The notes beneath the pieces are model-generated. The model saw nothing but the letters and a program-made list of their open reading frames with translations. It was not told the DNA's origin and ran no database searches. Made by a program: the position numbers and the translations under genes. DNA of 64,000 nt from Bdellovibrionota bacterium FG-1 (GTDB lineage Bacteria; Bdellovibrionota; UBA1018): positions 1-64,000 of the forward strand of contig JBBCAW010000018.1 of the NCBI GenBank assembly GCA_051382295.1, written 5' to 3'. Below are positions 8,885 through 17,835 of this stretch, piece after piece; within the stretch, counting starts at the first letter, position 1; every line of letters begins with the position of its first letter.

Positions 8885-9073
8885 ATGATTCAAATCGTGG
8901 TGGGTTGCACATTAATAGGGATTGGGGCTTGGGGTGTGGTGGATGAATGGTACTACCTCAAGGATTTGATCAGCGGTGCCGTCCCCGTGGGGATGATCAT
9001 TTTTGGACTGATGGCGGTTTGGGTAGCGATACTTGGAGAAGAGCCAAAAGCACAGAACGACAGGCAAAAGTAA
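8885..9073 (+). CDS. mamI: Magnetosome protein MamI-like (copy 2)
   Basis: 62 aa, two TMs, paralogous to the previous ORF (G..GV.DE.Y/F...D...GA.P). Confidence 0.65.
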   Translation: MIQIVVGCTLIGIGAWGVVDEWYYLKDLISGAVPVGMIIFGLMAVWVAILGEEPKAQNDRQK

Positions 9074-9094
9074 TCGAATAGAAAGGGAGATGAT

Positions 9095-9862
9095 ATGGCA
9101 AGTAATGAAGAGGGAACGAAGGAGCCGGCCGCGAAGGTGGAACTAGAACTGCCTGAAACCCAGGCGGTTCAGAAAAAATCGGGCGGCGCGAAGGCAGAAA
9201 AAAGCGCGGGAGTGGATAAGGCGTCGCTGCTAGTGGGTTTTGACTACTTTCTGCATGTGGCGATGCTGATGGCTGGCAAGGTGATGGCCAAGGCGGTCGA
9301 GGGATATAACAGTTTGTTCTCGGTCAATGCCAAGGAAGAATCCTTGATTCATGAGAATCTGGGAAAGAAGTACCTCAAGCGCGGTGAGTACGAGAAGGCG
9401 ATTGAGGCTTTTCAAAAAGTGATTCAAGAAGGTTCGCACTCGCCCCAGGTGCATTATTTGCTGGGAAAAGCTTACTTCAGGAACGATCAGGTCGACAAGG
9501 CGATTGATTTGTTTGAAAAAACACTCCTGCTTGTCCCGAAAAATAAAGACGCACTTTTTCACCTGGGCAACGCTTATCTGAAGGCCAAAAATTATGATAA
9601 AGCGATTGAGCTTCTGAATCAGGTGGCGACGATCAATCCCGGCGACAGCGAGATTCCTTATAAGATCGGGATTGCTCACGACAAGAAGGGTTCCTCCGAG
9701 CTTGCGATTGCCGCTTTTCGAAAAGCCATTGAGCTCAACGCGGGGGTTGCCAAGTATTACCAGCATCTGGGTTTTCTGCTGCAGGCCACCGGTGATGCGG
9801 CCGAGGCTGGGAAGTGCTTCAAGAAAGTTCTCGACCTGGACAGTGACGAGGTTACCGACTAA
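9095..9862 (+). CDS. mamA: Magnetosome TPR protein MamA
   Basis: Five consecutive TPRs in the C-terminal part; lies between mamI and mamQ. Confidence 0.8.
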   Translation: MASNEEGTKEPAAKVELELPETQAVQKKSGGAKAEKSAGVDKASLLVGFDYFLHVAMLMAGKVMAKAVEGYNSLFSVNAKEESLIHENLGKKYLKRGEYEKAIEAFQKVIQEGSHSPQVHYLLGKAYFRNDQVDKAIDLFEKTLLLVPKNKDALFHLGNAYLKAKNYDKAIELLNQVATINPGDSEIPYKIGIAHDKKGSSELAIAAFRKAIELNAGVAKYYQHLGFLLQATGDAAEAGKCFKKVLDLDSDEVTD

Positions 9863-10590
9863 TGAATACCCGGGTTCGTCATATTATGAAGAAACTTTCT
9901 CCCGATAAACGCGCGGGGCATGACGATGACGGCGAGTCTGAGTCGCTGGAATCCGATACCTTGCACCATCGGGAAGGGGTTTACGGTCTGGTGTGGGAAC
10001 TCGGGTTCTTTCTACGTAAGTGGTGGGTCGTGCTTTCGATGAGTGCGGCGGCGATGATTTCCACCTTCTACTATAATATTCTTTCAACTTTTTATGCGAA
10101 TGCGCAGACGGAAGCCTCGTCGGTGGTCGTCTATGGGCAGATGAGAAAGGATGTTTCGGCGAACGTCGAAAAAGCGGTGGGCGCTTACGTCCGGCACGAA
10201 AAGGAAATCTATAAGTATGTGGTGGAAGTCCGGGCCATGATGGTGGGCGCGGGCGTGAAGCCAGAGGGTAACACAGAAGGCAAGCCAGAGAGTAAAATTG
10301 ATAAGAAAACCAGCGAACTCATGGGTAAATTCTTTGGCTTGGCCGAGCAGTATCCGGATCTTAAGTTCAGTGCGGAGTTTCATTTCTTGGTTTCCGCGAT
10401 CTTAGAGGTTGAAAAGGAATTGGCCGCCGCGCGCGTACGCTACAATAATTCGGCCAATGTCTATGGTACGGCGTTGACCACGATACCTGGAAATTTCTTT
10501 GCATTTATTTTTCGGTTTAAACCGTTGCCGCTTTATGAGGCGGACAAAGGCGGCGTCGATTTCAAGGTCATGGATTTTGGACCCAATTGA
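9862..10590 (+). CDS. mamQ: Magnetosome protein MamQ (LemA family)
   Basis: TM followed by LemA motifs AEQYPDLK and ARVRYNN...PGNFFAFIF. Confidence 0.85.
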   Translation: MNTRVRHIMKKLSPDKRAGHDDDGESESLESDTLHHREGVYGLVWELGFFLRKWWVVLSMSAAAMISTFYYNILSTFYANAQTEASSVVVYGQMRKDVSANVEKAVGAYVRHEKEIYKYVVEVRAMMVGAGVKPEGNTEGKPESKIDKKTSELMGKFFGLAEQYPDLKFSAEFHFLVSAILEVEKELAAARVRYNNSANVYGTALTTIPGNFFAFIFRFKPLPLYEADKGGVDFKVMDFGPN

Positions 10591-10602
10591 GAGTAGGGGC
10601 AC

Positions 10603-11073
10603 TTGATTAATATTCTTCGAAACCCTGAAACGCGGCTGAAAGTGATCCTTTTTGTTGCGTTTGTTTTATTCTGCCTCGTCTTCGCGTTCTGGAGCGACTA
10701 CAATCTCGCGACCGGTTCCGGCAATCTTTGCATGTTGCTCTTGATCGTGGCGCAAACTTATCTGCCCGCGAAGCATCTCCGGCTCTGGTTCATGCTGAAA
10801 GACGAAAGTTTTTGGCTGAAATTTCTCAGATTTCATTGTTGGTTGAATTCTGCCGCTTTTATCGCGGCCTGCATTCATTGTTACGTCACGCATTGGCATA
10901 ATACCTGGCTTTGGATCGCCCTGATTATTATGGGGTGGTTGACGTTTGGCGGGGCGATTCTCAGGTTCAAATACCCCCCGTCGGTTCGCAAGGGGCTTTA
11001 TTTTCTGCATACTCAGATGTTCATGTTTTTTGCACTGTGCTTCTGCTTGTTAAAGGGACACTATGTATTTTAG
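10603..11073 (+). CDS. mad2: Polytopic membrane protein, Mad2-like
   Basis: About 5 TMs with His in TM segments (FHCWLN, IHC, LHTQ); position between mamQ and mamB as recalled for Desulfobacterota clusters. Confidence 0.5.
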   Translation: MINILRNPETRLKVILFVAFVLFCLVFAFWSDYNLATGSGNLCMLLLIVAQTYLPAKHLRLWFMLKDESFWLKFLRFHCWLNSAAFIAACIHCYVTHWHNTWLWIALIIMGWLTFGGAILRFKYPPSVRKGLYFLHTQMFMFFALCFCLLKGHYVF

Positions 11074-11091
11074 GGGAAAATCGGAGGAGCT

Positions 11092-11223
11092 ATGTTGTTT
11101 CTTTTGTTGATGATTGCGGTCTTGGTGGGGCTCTATCTCGTTTACAAAAAACAGGTGGCGCTCGAGGAGCGGTTGGATCGCCAGTCGGGTTTTGACAAAG
11201 ATGACGAAAACTTCAGAAAATAA
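11092..11223 (+). CDS. 43-aa single-TM peptide in the mam operon (absent from ORF track)
   Basis: MLFLLLMIAVLVGLYLVYKKQVALEERLDRQSGFDKDDENFRK*; strong GGAGGAG RBS; fills the mad2-mamB gap. Confidence 0.7.
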   Translation: MLFLLLMIAVLVGLYLVYKKQVALEERLDRQSGFDKDDENFRK

Positions 11224-12202
11224 AGAAGAAGGCCAAGTCTCCTGCGCTCACGCTGGTTCCTGTCCGGGTTCATGTCAGCCGGGTTCATGTCAGTCGGGTG
11301 AAGCGGGGATGAAGTGCGAGAACTGCCTGGTGCATGTGACCACGGTCAATGTGGTCGGAAACATGTTTCTGGTCGCGATCAAGGCTTACTTGGGCATCGT
11401 GGGCGGGTCGAAGGCGCTCTTTGCCGATGCGATTCATTCGCTGGGGGATCTGCTCGCCAGCTTTATGATGTTCGTGGCGCTCAAAGTCGCCGATCGACCC
11501 AAATCTGACGAGTACGCTTACGGGCGCGGCAAGGTTGAGTACATTACCGCTATGCTGATTGCGGGATTTTTGGTGGTTCTCGGAATTTACATTTTGATCG
11601 ATGCGATGGGCGATCTGATGGGTGGAAGGTATGTGGCTCCTCATCTTGTCACCGCTTGGGGAGCGCTCATTTCGATCATCGTCAATGAGATCATGGCTCG
11701 TCAGAGCAATTGCGTGGGCAGCAAATTCAACAAGCCGGCGATCCTGGCGGTCGCGTTAGAAAGTCGAGTCGATACCTGGTCGTCGGTCGCAGTCTTGGGC
11801 GGCATTATTGGTGGCGCACTTTCCTTTCCCATCATTGACTCGATCGTCGCGGTGCTCGTGGCTTTGATCATCCTGCATTCCGCCGCCGAGATGCTGATCG
11901 AATCCGTCAAAAATCTGATCGATACTTCGATAGACGGCGAAAAAATCGAAACCATTAAGAAAGTCGTGCAACTTCTCCCTGGTGTTTCGGGGATCGATCA
12001 AGTGCGTACCCGGGTACTGGGTGCGAAGGCGGAAGTGGATATCACGGTATTTGTGGATAAGACGCTTAAAGTGGGGCAATTCGATCAGATTCGCACCGCG
12101 GTTTTGGAGGCCGTGCGATCCCAACTGGAGTTTGACGGCGAGATCAGTGTTCGGCTGAAACCGTTTCTCGAGGCTGCCGGGAGTTACCCAGGAGTTGAAT
12201 GA
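11201..12202 (+). CDS. mamB: Magnetosome CDF transporter MamB
   Basis: CDF motifs S.AL.ADAIHSLGD and YGRGKVE; MKCENC N-terminal motif (alternative start 11309); C-terminal metal-binding domain. Confidence 0.8.
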   Translation: MTKTSENKEEGQVSCAHAGSCPGSCQPGSCQSGEAGMKCENCLVHVTTVNVVGNMFLVAIKAYLGIVGGSKALFADAIHSLGDLLASFMMFVALKVADRPKSDEYAYGRGKVEYITAMLIAGFLVVLGIYILIDAMGDLMGGRYVAPHLVTAWGALISIIVNEIMARQSNCVGSKFNKPAILAVALESRVDTWSSVAVLGGIIGGALSFPIIDSIVAVLVALIILHSAAEMLIESVKNLIDTSIDGEKIETIKKVVQLLPGVSGIDQVRTRVLGAKAEVDITVFVDKTLKVGQFDQIRTAVLEAVRSQLEFDGEISVRLKPFLEAAGSYPGVE

Positions 12203-13485
12203 TGAAAAATGGTGTGAATAAGCATTTTTGTAAACAAGAGTTGCGCCCTTTGGTGGGTACGCTCGCGGTCGTCGTCGTGTTGACCCTGGGTTGGGTGACC
12301 TATCATGAAGTCAAGATGAGAAAAGACCCGGTTTACGCGGCTCAATATCATCAGCTGATTCATCATCCCGCTAACGGAGTGCAGACGGCGGCAGGCGCTC
12401 CGGTTGCAGTGGGCGCACCGGTAGCAGGACCGGTAGCAGGAATGGTGGTCGCTGCGGCGGCCGGTGGAGGGATTCCACCCATCAAGCTCAGTGACGTCGT
12501 GACTCATCCTAATTACGGCCAAAATTGCACCCAATGCCATCAAGTGATCGGTCCCAAAAGTCGCGCTCCCGTGAACGGTGGGACCATTCCGGTCACCGCG
12601 AACATGCCGCATCCCTATTGGGGCGCTTGCACGGTCTGTCATAAAGTGACCGATGCCGCTGGCAATCCCGTGGGTCTCAACGCGGTCGATCCCCGCAGCA
12701 TGCTGGGCCTCGAGCTGGTCGAAGCGGATCTCACGACTACGACCAAGCTCAATCTCCCCGATAAGAAAGGTCCGATCATTACCAAGGTTTTGCCCGGGGG
12801 CGTGGGCGAAGATTTGGGCATGCAGAACGGAGATATGTTTTTCAAGGTGGATAATCGCAAAGTCGAGACCATCGTGGAGCTGGAGCGCGCGCTGGGCGCG
12901 TTTGCGACCGGCGATGTGGTGCGCCTGACGCTGTGGCGCGAAAGACGCGAAAAGGTTTTCAGATTCAGTATTCCGGATATCGCCGCCCAGGCTGCAATGG
13001 GCGTGTTCAATAATACCGGACCGGGCATGGGGCAGCCTGCTGCCGCCATGACGGTGGCGCAGGTGGATCCCAATACGGCAGTCGCGGATCCCCAGCCGGA
13101 AGATACAATGATTGCGATCGCGGCGGTGGGTAAGGATGTCAACGCCGCCGTGGCCAACGATCTGGGAACTTCACCTTATTTCATGATTGTGGATCTCAAG
13201 CGCAATACCTTCAAAGTGGTTCAAAATGCGGGCGGAACGGGTCAACAAGTCGTGCAAGATCTGATGGATCTGGGTGTGGAGGCCGTCATTTGCGGGTATA
13301 TCGGCCAGGGGGCGGCATCCAGCCTGACCACGCTGGGCGTGAAGATGTATCCAGGCGTGAGCGGTAACGTGAGTGGTGCGATCAACGCCTATAAACAGGG
13401 GACATTGAAGGAAGCGAATGCCGGGAAGGCTCCAGAGCTGCTGGCTCCTGGGACTCCGGATACTGGACGAAGGAGAACTTTGTGA
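12199..13485 (+). CDS. mamP: MamP-like protein: TM, 2 magnetochrome domains, PDZ, NifB/NifX-like domain
   Basis: PPI...THP...CTQCH and IP...PHP...CTVCH magnetochrome motifs; PDZ; C-terminal IAIAA...SPYFMIVD...VICGYIGQGA. Confidence 0.8.
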   Translation: MMKNGVNKHFCKQELRPLVGTLAVVVVLTLGWVTYHEVKMRKDPVYAAQYHQLIHHPANGVQTAAGAPVAVGAPVAGPVAGMVVAAAAGGGIPPIKLSDVVTHPNYGQNCTQCHQVIGPKSRAPVNGGTIPVTANMPHPYWGACTVCHKVTDAAGNPVGLNAVDPRSMLGLELVEADLTTTTKLNLPDKKGPIITKVLPGGVGEDLGMQNGDMFFKVDNRKVETIVELERALGAFATGDVVRLTLWRERREKVFRFSIPDIAAQAAMGVFNNTGPGMGQPAAAMTVAQVDPNTAVADPQPEDTMIAIAAVGKDVNAAVANDLGTSPYFMIVDLKRNTFKVVQNAGGTGQQVVQDLMDLGVEAVICGYIGQGAASSLTTLGVKMYPGVSGNVSGAINAYKQGTLKEANAGKAPELLAPGTPDTGRRRTL

Positions 13486-15083
13486 GCGGCGAAGGCGGGA
13501 GTTTCTGGAAAACAGTCGATACGAGATCGATCCTGATTGTGGTTCTCGCGATCGTCGTTGTGATCGGGACGCTGCTCTACTTCGTGGATCGGCCCATGCC
13601 TCGTCGTGCGGAAGAGGCGCCTATTCAGATTGCCCTCACTCAAGCGGGCCCGGTCTGGCTGGGTGCCGATGTCGAAGACATCACCCCCGATATGGTGACG
13701 AAACTCGAACTTCACGCGACCACCGGGGTGTACGTCCGCAAGGTTTTTCGGGATTCACCGGCCGAACTCGCGGGCTTGAAAAGAGATGACGTGATCACGA
13801 GCGTCGACAGCGTTAAGGTCGCCTCCGTCACGGAGCTGGCGAGTGTCATTGCGGCCAAAAAAGACGGCGACCGTATCAAGATTCGGGTCATGCGTAATGA
13901 CGCCAAGCAGTCCGTGAACGTCAAGCTGAAATTGAAGATTTCTGAGAACAAAATTAAACAAAAGGTAACGACTAAACTTGTCGCGGCCCCAGGCGCCCCA
14001 GGTACCAATGACGCCAATGCGGATGCGTGGTTGGGCGTGGACGTGCAATCCCTGGATGCGGTGCTCGTGCGCCAGCTCAAACTTCCGGATACTCGTGGCG
14101 CGATTGTCGCTCATGTTTTTCCGGGCAGCCCGGCTGCTCAGAGCGGTTTGGTTCGCGGCGATGTGATTCGTAGCCTTGACAAGATGCCGGTCAATGACCG
14201 CACGGGCTTTTCGGAACTGCTGATGAATAAGAATCCGGGCGATAGCGTGAAGCTCGAGGTTTTGAGAAATGGTTTCGCCCAAGATGTGGTGGTCGTCGCC
14301 GGAACGATGCCGGTGGCCGCCGTGGGCGAGCCGCCCCAGTTGCCTGCGGCGGAGGTTGAAGTGGAAGTCAGCTGGCTTGGACTCACGATCGTGGTGATTG
14401 ATCCGCTCGAGGCCAAGGAACTCGGACTGCCGTCCGGAACCAAAGGGATGGCGGTGGACGGGGTTTCGATCGGGGTGGGGCTGGACGCTGGTTTCCAGGC
14501 GGGTGACATCATCATCGCGATCAACGGCATGCCCACTCGGACCCTCAGAGAATTCAAAGATGCGACCGAAGGCGCCCAAGGTGCGTTGGTGGATGTGTGG
14601 CGTGCGGGAAGGCATCGTTTTGTCACGGTCGCCGCCCCCGGCTGGGATCGGGATGGCAATCAGTTACCGAATTCCTCGGCCGCCACGCAAGTGGCCCAAG
14701 CGCTCCCCGTTGATAATGGCATGAGGTATGTGGCCGTGGCGGCCATGGGCAATGTCGCCTCTTCGCCGGTTTCTCCCATTTTTTCCAAGAGTCCGTTTTT
14801 CATCATCGTTGATTTAAAAAAGGGGATGATTAATCCCATTGCCAACCCCAGGACGGAGGCCACCGGGATTACCGCCGCGAAATGGCTCATGAATAACCAC
14901 ATCGACGCGGTGATCACGGGACGCATCGGACCTCGTGCTTTTGATGTCCTGACGGGCGCCAAGATTCCGGTTTATGCGGGGGCCTTTGGGCCAACCGCGG
15001 ACTTGGTGCAGGCGTTTCGTGAAGGAAAGCTCAAGCCGAGTTTGATCGTGTTGGGTTCGACGCCGGGAGATAAGAAATGGTGA
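13482..15083 (+). CDS. mamE: MamE C-terminal-like protein: TM, 3 PDZ, NifB/NifX-like domain
   Basis: Three WLG-initiated PDZ domains; C-terminal VAVAA...FSKSPFFIIVD...VITGRIGPRA. Confidence 0.7.
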   Translation: MSGEGGSFWKTVDTRSILIVVLAIVVVIGTLLYFVDRPMPRRAEEAPIQIALTQAGPVWLGADVEDITPDMVTKLELHATTGVYVRKVFRDSPAELAGLKRDDVITSVDSVKVASVTELASVIAAKKDGDRIKIRVMRNDAKQSVNVKLKLKISENKIKQKVTTKLVAAPGAPGTNDANADAWLGVDVQSLDAVLVRQLKLPDTRGAIVAHVFPGSPAAQSGLVRGDVIRSLDKMPVNDRTGFSELLMNKNPGDSVKLEVLRNGFAQDVVVVAGTMPVAAVGEPPQLPAAEVEVEVSWLGLTIVVIDPLEAKELGLPSGTKGMAVDGVSIGVGLDAGFQAGDIIIAINGMPTRTLREFKDATEGAQGALVDVWRAGRHRFVTVAAPGWDRDGNQLPNSSAATQVAQALPVDNGMRYVAVAAMGNVASSPVSPIFSKSPFFIIVDLKKGMINPIANPRTEATGITAAKWLMNNHIDAVITGRIGPRAFDVLTGAKIPVYAGAFGPTADLVQAFREGKLKPSLIVLGSTPGDKKW

Positions 15084-15832
15084 GGACGAGGCGCTCATCC
15101 TTCTTGATTCTGGTAGGGTGCCTTGGGATTTGTGGGGCGCTCGCGAGTGCTCCAGGTGCCGTAGGCGCCCAAATGCCCACGGGCCCGCGATTGCTCGGGC
15201 TCAAAACGAAGGAAGCAGTGGCTCGGGTCAGGCCCGCGACGGTCAACCTCAAGGCGTTGAAGCGCAATGGTAATAATTTTTATCAAAGTATCGGCTCTGG
15301 AATTTTGATTTCCGAGGATGGTTACATTCTTACCAATGAACACGTCGTCGGAGATTCGCAAAGTATCGAAGTCACGCTTTGGCGGGCCAAGGAAAAAACC
15401 TATATCGCGCGCCCGGTCCTGATCGACAAAAAGCTCGATCTCGCGCTGGTGAAAATCCGACCGCGTAACGGCGAGCGTTTCAATGCCCTCAAGATGGACG
15501 AAAACATCAAGGTCCGAACCGGGGATCGCGTCCTGGCGATTGGCAATCCGTTTGGTCTTTCTCATAGCGTGACCAGTGGCATTGTGGGCGGCACGGGCCG
15601 CTCTATTTCAGTAGGCACGCTCACTTACGAAGGCTTGATTCAAACGGATGCTCCTATTAATCAGGGAAATAGCGGAGGACCGCTCGTTAATCTTCGCGGG
15701 GAGCTGATTGGGATTAATACCGTGATTCTGGCCACGGATCCCGCCAGCGCCGCATTTTCCGGGCAGGGGTTTGCGATTCCGATGGATACGGTGGTGAACT
15801 TTACGGCCGAGGTGATTCGTGGCCGAATTTGA
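15077..15832 (+). CDS. mamE: MamE N-terminal-like HtrA serine protease domain (intact triad, no PDZ)
   Basis: TNEHVV (His), DLAL (Asp), GNSGG (Ser). Confidence 0.75.
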   Translation: MVRTRRSSFLILVGCLGICGALASAPGAVGAQMPTGPRLLGLKTKEAVARVRPATVNLKALKRNGNNFYQSIGSGILISEDGYILTNEHVVGDSQSIEVTLWRAKEKTYIARPVLIDKKLDLALVKIRPRNGERFNALKMDENIKVRTGDRVLAIGNPFGLSHSVTSGIVGGTGRSISVGTLTYEGLIQTDAPINQGNSGGPLVNLRGELIGINTVILATDPASAAFSGQGFAIPMDTVVNFTAEVIRGRI

Positions 15833-16793
15833 GAAAATCAAGAATTTCCGGGTGACTAAAGACAATGTCGCGAAATACGCGACCTGGATGTTCTTATTGA
15901 AATTTCTGATCGTGGCTTTTGCCGCCGGCTTTGTGGCGCGCGCGATGTGGCCGGTCAGGTCCGCTAAAAGTCGCGCGGCCGTCTCTCGCACGAACACGCC
16001 TCCCGTCATCATTGGCGAAGGGGAACTCAATCCCGAGTTTCAGCAAGGTGGGCCTGAACCCCTCGAAGGCCAGGGTATCGCGGTCCAGGTGCCGCTTCCA
16101 GGGGATGGCGGAGCGATCGACGAAAGTTTTCATGCGGTGCTCTCCCAAGTGCGTCCTGCCGTGATTAAGATTCTTGTGATGCCGGACAAGACCGCATTAG
16201 GCGCAGAACCGGCTCTTCCAAAAACGGGCATCAAAATGGGTGATCCCTTCGCGATGAGTCAGAAAATGGCCGTGGGTTCCGGCGTGATTATTGATCCCAA
16301 GGGGCTTTTCATCACCACCAAACATGTGGTGGGTGAGAGCAATAATCTTCAAGTGGTCCTTTATCGCGCTGGGCAAAGGCAATACACCGCGCGGGTGATC
16401 GCACGAGATCCAGATTCACCGCTGGTGATTGGCAAGATTCGTGCTGCGAATCAGGTTTTTCCCTACGCCCGGCTGGGCGACTCGGATCGCCTTCGAACCG
16501 GTGACGTCGTCATGGCGGTCGGAAATCCATTCGGCTTATCGGGCACGGTCACTTCGGGGATTGTCAGTGGCAAAAAAGACGTGGTGGTTCAAGGTCTAAC
16601 CATTCAAAATGCGATTCAGATGGATGCGACCGTCAATGATGGCAATGCGGGCGGGCCTTTGGTGAATGTCGATGGTGAAGTGGTCGGGATCACCTTTGCC
16701 TCCTACGTTCAGGGTGGGAATTTTACGGGAATTGGCTTTGCGGTACCTATCAATTTTGCAAAAGAGGCATGGGGCGCGGCCGCCGCGCAGTAG
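15819..16793 (+). CDS. mamO: MamO/MamEO-like degenerate trypsin-fold pseudoprotease
   Basis: TM plus HtrA fold with TTKHVV; GNAGG in place of GNSGG; DSPLVI in place of DLAL. Confidence 0.6.
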   Translation: MAEFEKIKNFRVTKDNVAKYATWMFLLKFLIVAFAAGFVARAMWPVRSAKSRAAVSRTNTPPVIIGEGELNPEFQQGGPEPLEGQGIAVQVPLPGDGGAIDESFHAVLSQVRPAVIKILVMPDKTALGAEPALPKTGIKMGDPFAMSQKMAVGSGVIIDPKGLFITTKHVVGESNNLQVVLYRAGQRQYTARVIARDPDSPLVIGKIRAANQVFPYARLGDSDRLRTGDVVMAVGNPFGLSGTVTSGIVSGKKDVVVQGLTIQNAIQMDATVNDGNAGGPLVNVDGEVVGITFASYVQGGNFTGIGFAVPINFAKEAWGAAAAQ

Positions 16794-16820
16794 ACTGGTT
16801 CTTAAGGGGGAGAGTACGTC

Positions 16821-17189
16821 ATGTTAGAAAAAGAATCCAATTCATCGGGATCCTCAGCATTGAGTGGCAAGGCCGGCTTGTGGATGATCGTCATCTTTGT
16901 GGTTGGAATTTTGAGTACCGCTCTTTACGTCGCCGTCAATGGCTATGATAAGTGGAAGGGGGACATGAAGACCGCCGCCGTCTATTTACAAGCGGGAGCG
17001 GGCAATGTGAATCCCGCCGACCGCGTACTCCAACCTGTGCCAGTTGCTAAGAAGACCAAAGTCGCCCGGCAGGCCGGCCAATTTACCTGCCCTATCTGTG
17101 GCGGAACGGGGCTGCCGGATTACGCCGCCAATGGGGACCCGGTTTGCCAGGTTTGCCGACATAAAGTAGACGTTACTTATTTCAAGTAG
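16821..17189 (+). CDS. Membrane-anchored Cys-rich (zinc-ribbon-like) magnetosome-cluster protein
   Basis: TM; CPICG...GLP...PVCQVC. Confidence 0.6.
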   Translation: MLEKESNSSGSSALSGKAGLWMIVIFVVGILSTALYVAVNGYDKWKGDMKTAAVYLQAGAGNVNPADRVLQPVPVAKKTKVARQAGQFTCPICGGTGLPDYAANGDPVCQVCRHKVDVTYFK

Positions 17190-17202
17190 GGGTTAAGGGT
17201 TA

Positions 17203-17565
17203 ATGATGAACGAGAAGAACGCTGAGGCCGCAAGAGTTTGGGTTTATCTGGGACTGACCGGGGTATTTATTATATTGGTCCTGGGCTTCGTGTTGTCCGG
17301 AAGTAAGAAAACGATTGATGTCGACGATGTTCGCAGCGGTCGTGCCGTTGCCTTGACCACGGAGGTGATCCCCGCCCTTTCAACGGCCGGGAGCGTGGTT
17401 TGTCCCAAAGACCACACGCATGGCTTTCCGGTGTGCGCGACTTGCAAGAAAGTCATGCAACCCGTGGGTAACGGATTATTTGCCTGCCCCGAATGCGGAA
17501 GAGTGGGGCTTCCGGTTTGTCCAAACTGTGGGGAGTTGATGCACTCGGCTCAGGGAGGTCTTTGA
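17203..17565 (+). CDS. Membrane-anchored multi-CxxC magnetosome-cluster protein
   Basis: TM; CPKD..GFPVCATC..M, CPECG.VGLPVCPNCG..M (duplicated module). Confidence 0.6.
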   Translation: MMNEKNAEAARVWVYLGLTGVFIILVLGFVLSGSKKTIDVDDVRSGRAVALTTEVIPALSTAGSVVCPKDHTHGFPVCATCKKVMQPVGNGLFACPECGRVGLPVCPNCGELMHSAQGGL

Positions 17566-17835
17566 ATGACGAAAAAAGTATTTTATCTCATTTTCATGTT
17601 TCTGCTGGTGCTTTTCGTGGTGCAGAACACTTCGCACGTGCCGGTGGTGTTTCTGACGGGGAAAGCGCATTTTCGCAGCATCTTTTTAATGATTTCCTGT
17701 TTCTTTGGGGGGTTCTTCACGGGTTATTATTTCGTTTTTCGAAAAGAAGAACGGCTCATTGGCAAGATGCGCAAGGTCCAGTCCCTTTTGGATAAGGAAA
17801 GGCGCAAGAACCAGAAGTTGCTTGAGGACGATTGA
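17566..17835 (+). CDS. mamL: Magnetosome protein MamL-like
   Basis: 89 aa, two TMs (LFVVQN...V.FL, LapA-like), basic amphipathic C-terminus; upstream of mamM. Confidence 0.6.
   Translation: MTKKVFYLIFMFLLVLFVVQNTSHVPVVFLTGKAHFRSIFLMISCFFGGFFTGYYFVFRKEERLIGKMRKVQSLLDKERRKNQKLLEDD

Noticed and set aside
11114..11200. Listed start of the CDF ORF at 11114
   Set aside because: Overlaps the RBS-supported 43-aa peptide; ATG 11201 or 11309 is more plausible
12380..12445. 12-bp tandem repeat CCGGTAGCAGGA and similar units
   Set aside because: Encodes the low-complexity Ala/Pro/Val/Gly linker of the MamP-like protein
13755..14615. Long antisense ORFs (this 286-aa one and many similar, e.g. 3354-3911, 58719-59321)
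   Set aside because: Shadow frames opposite well-supported genes, with no motifs
13000..15083. Nitrogen fixation genes suggested by NifB/NifX-like domains
   Set aside because: Domains are fused to PDZ membrane proteins; no nifHDK/ENB in the window
13482..16793. Ordinary degP/degQ stress protease locus
   Set aside because: Split architecture, dead paralog and mamA/Q/B/M/P context favour mamE/O
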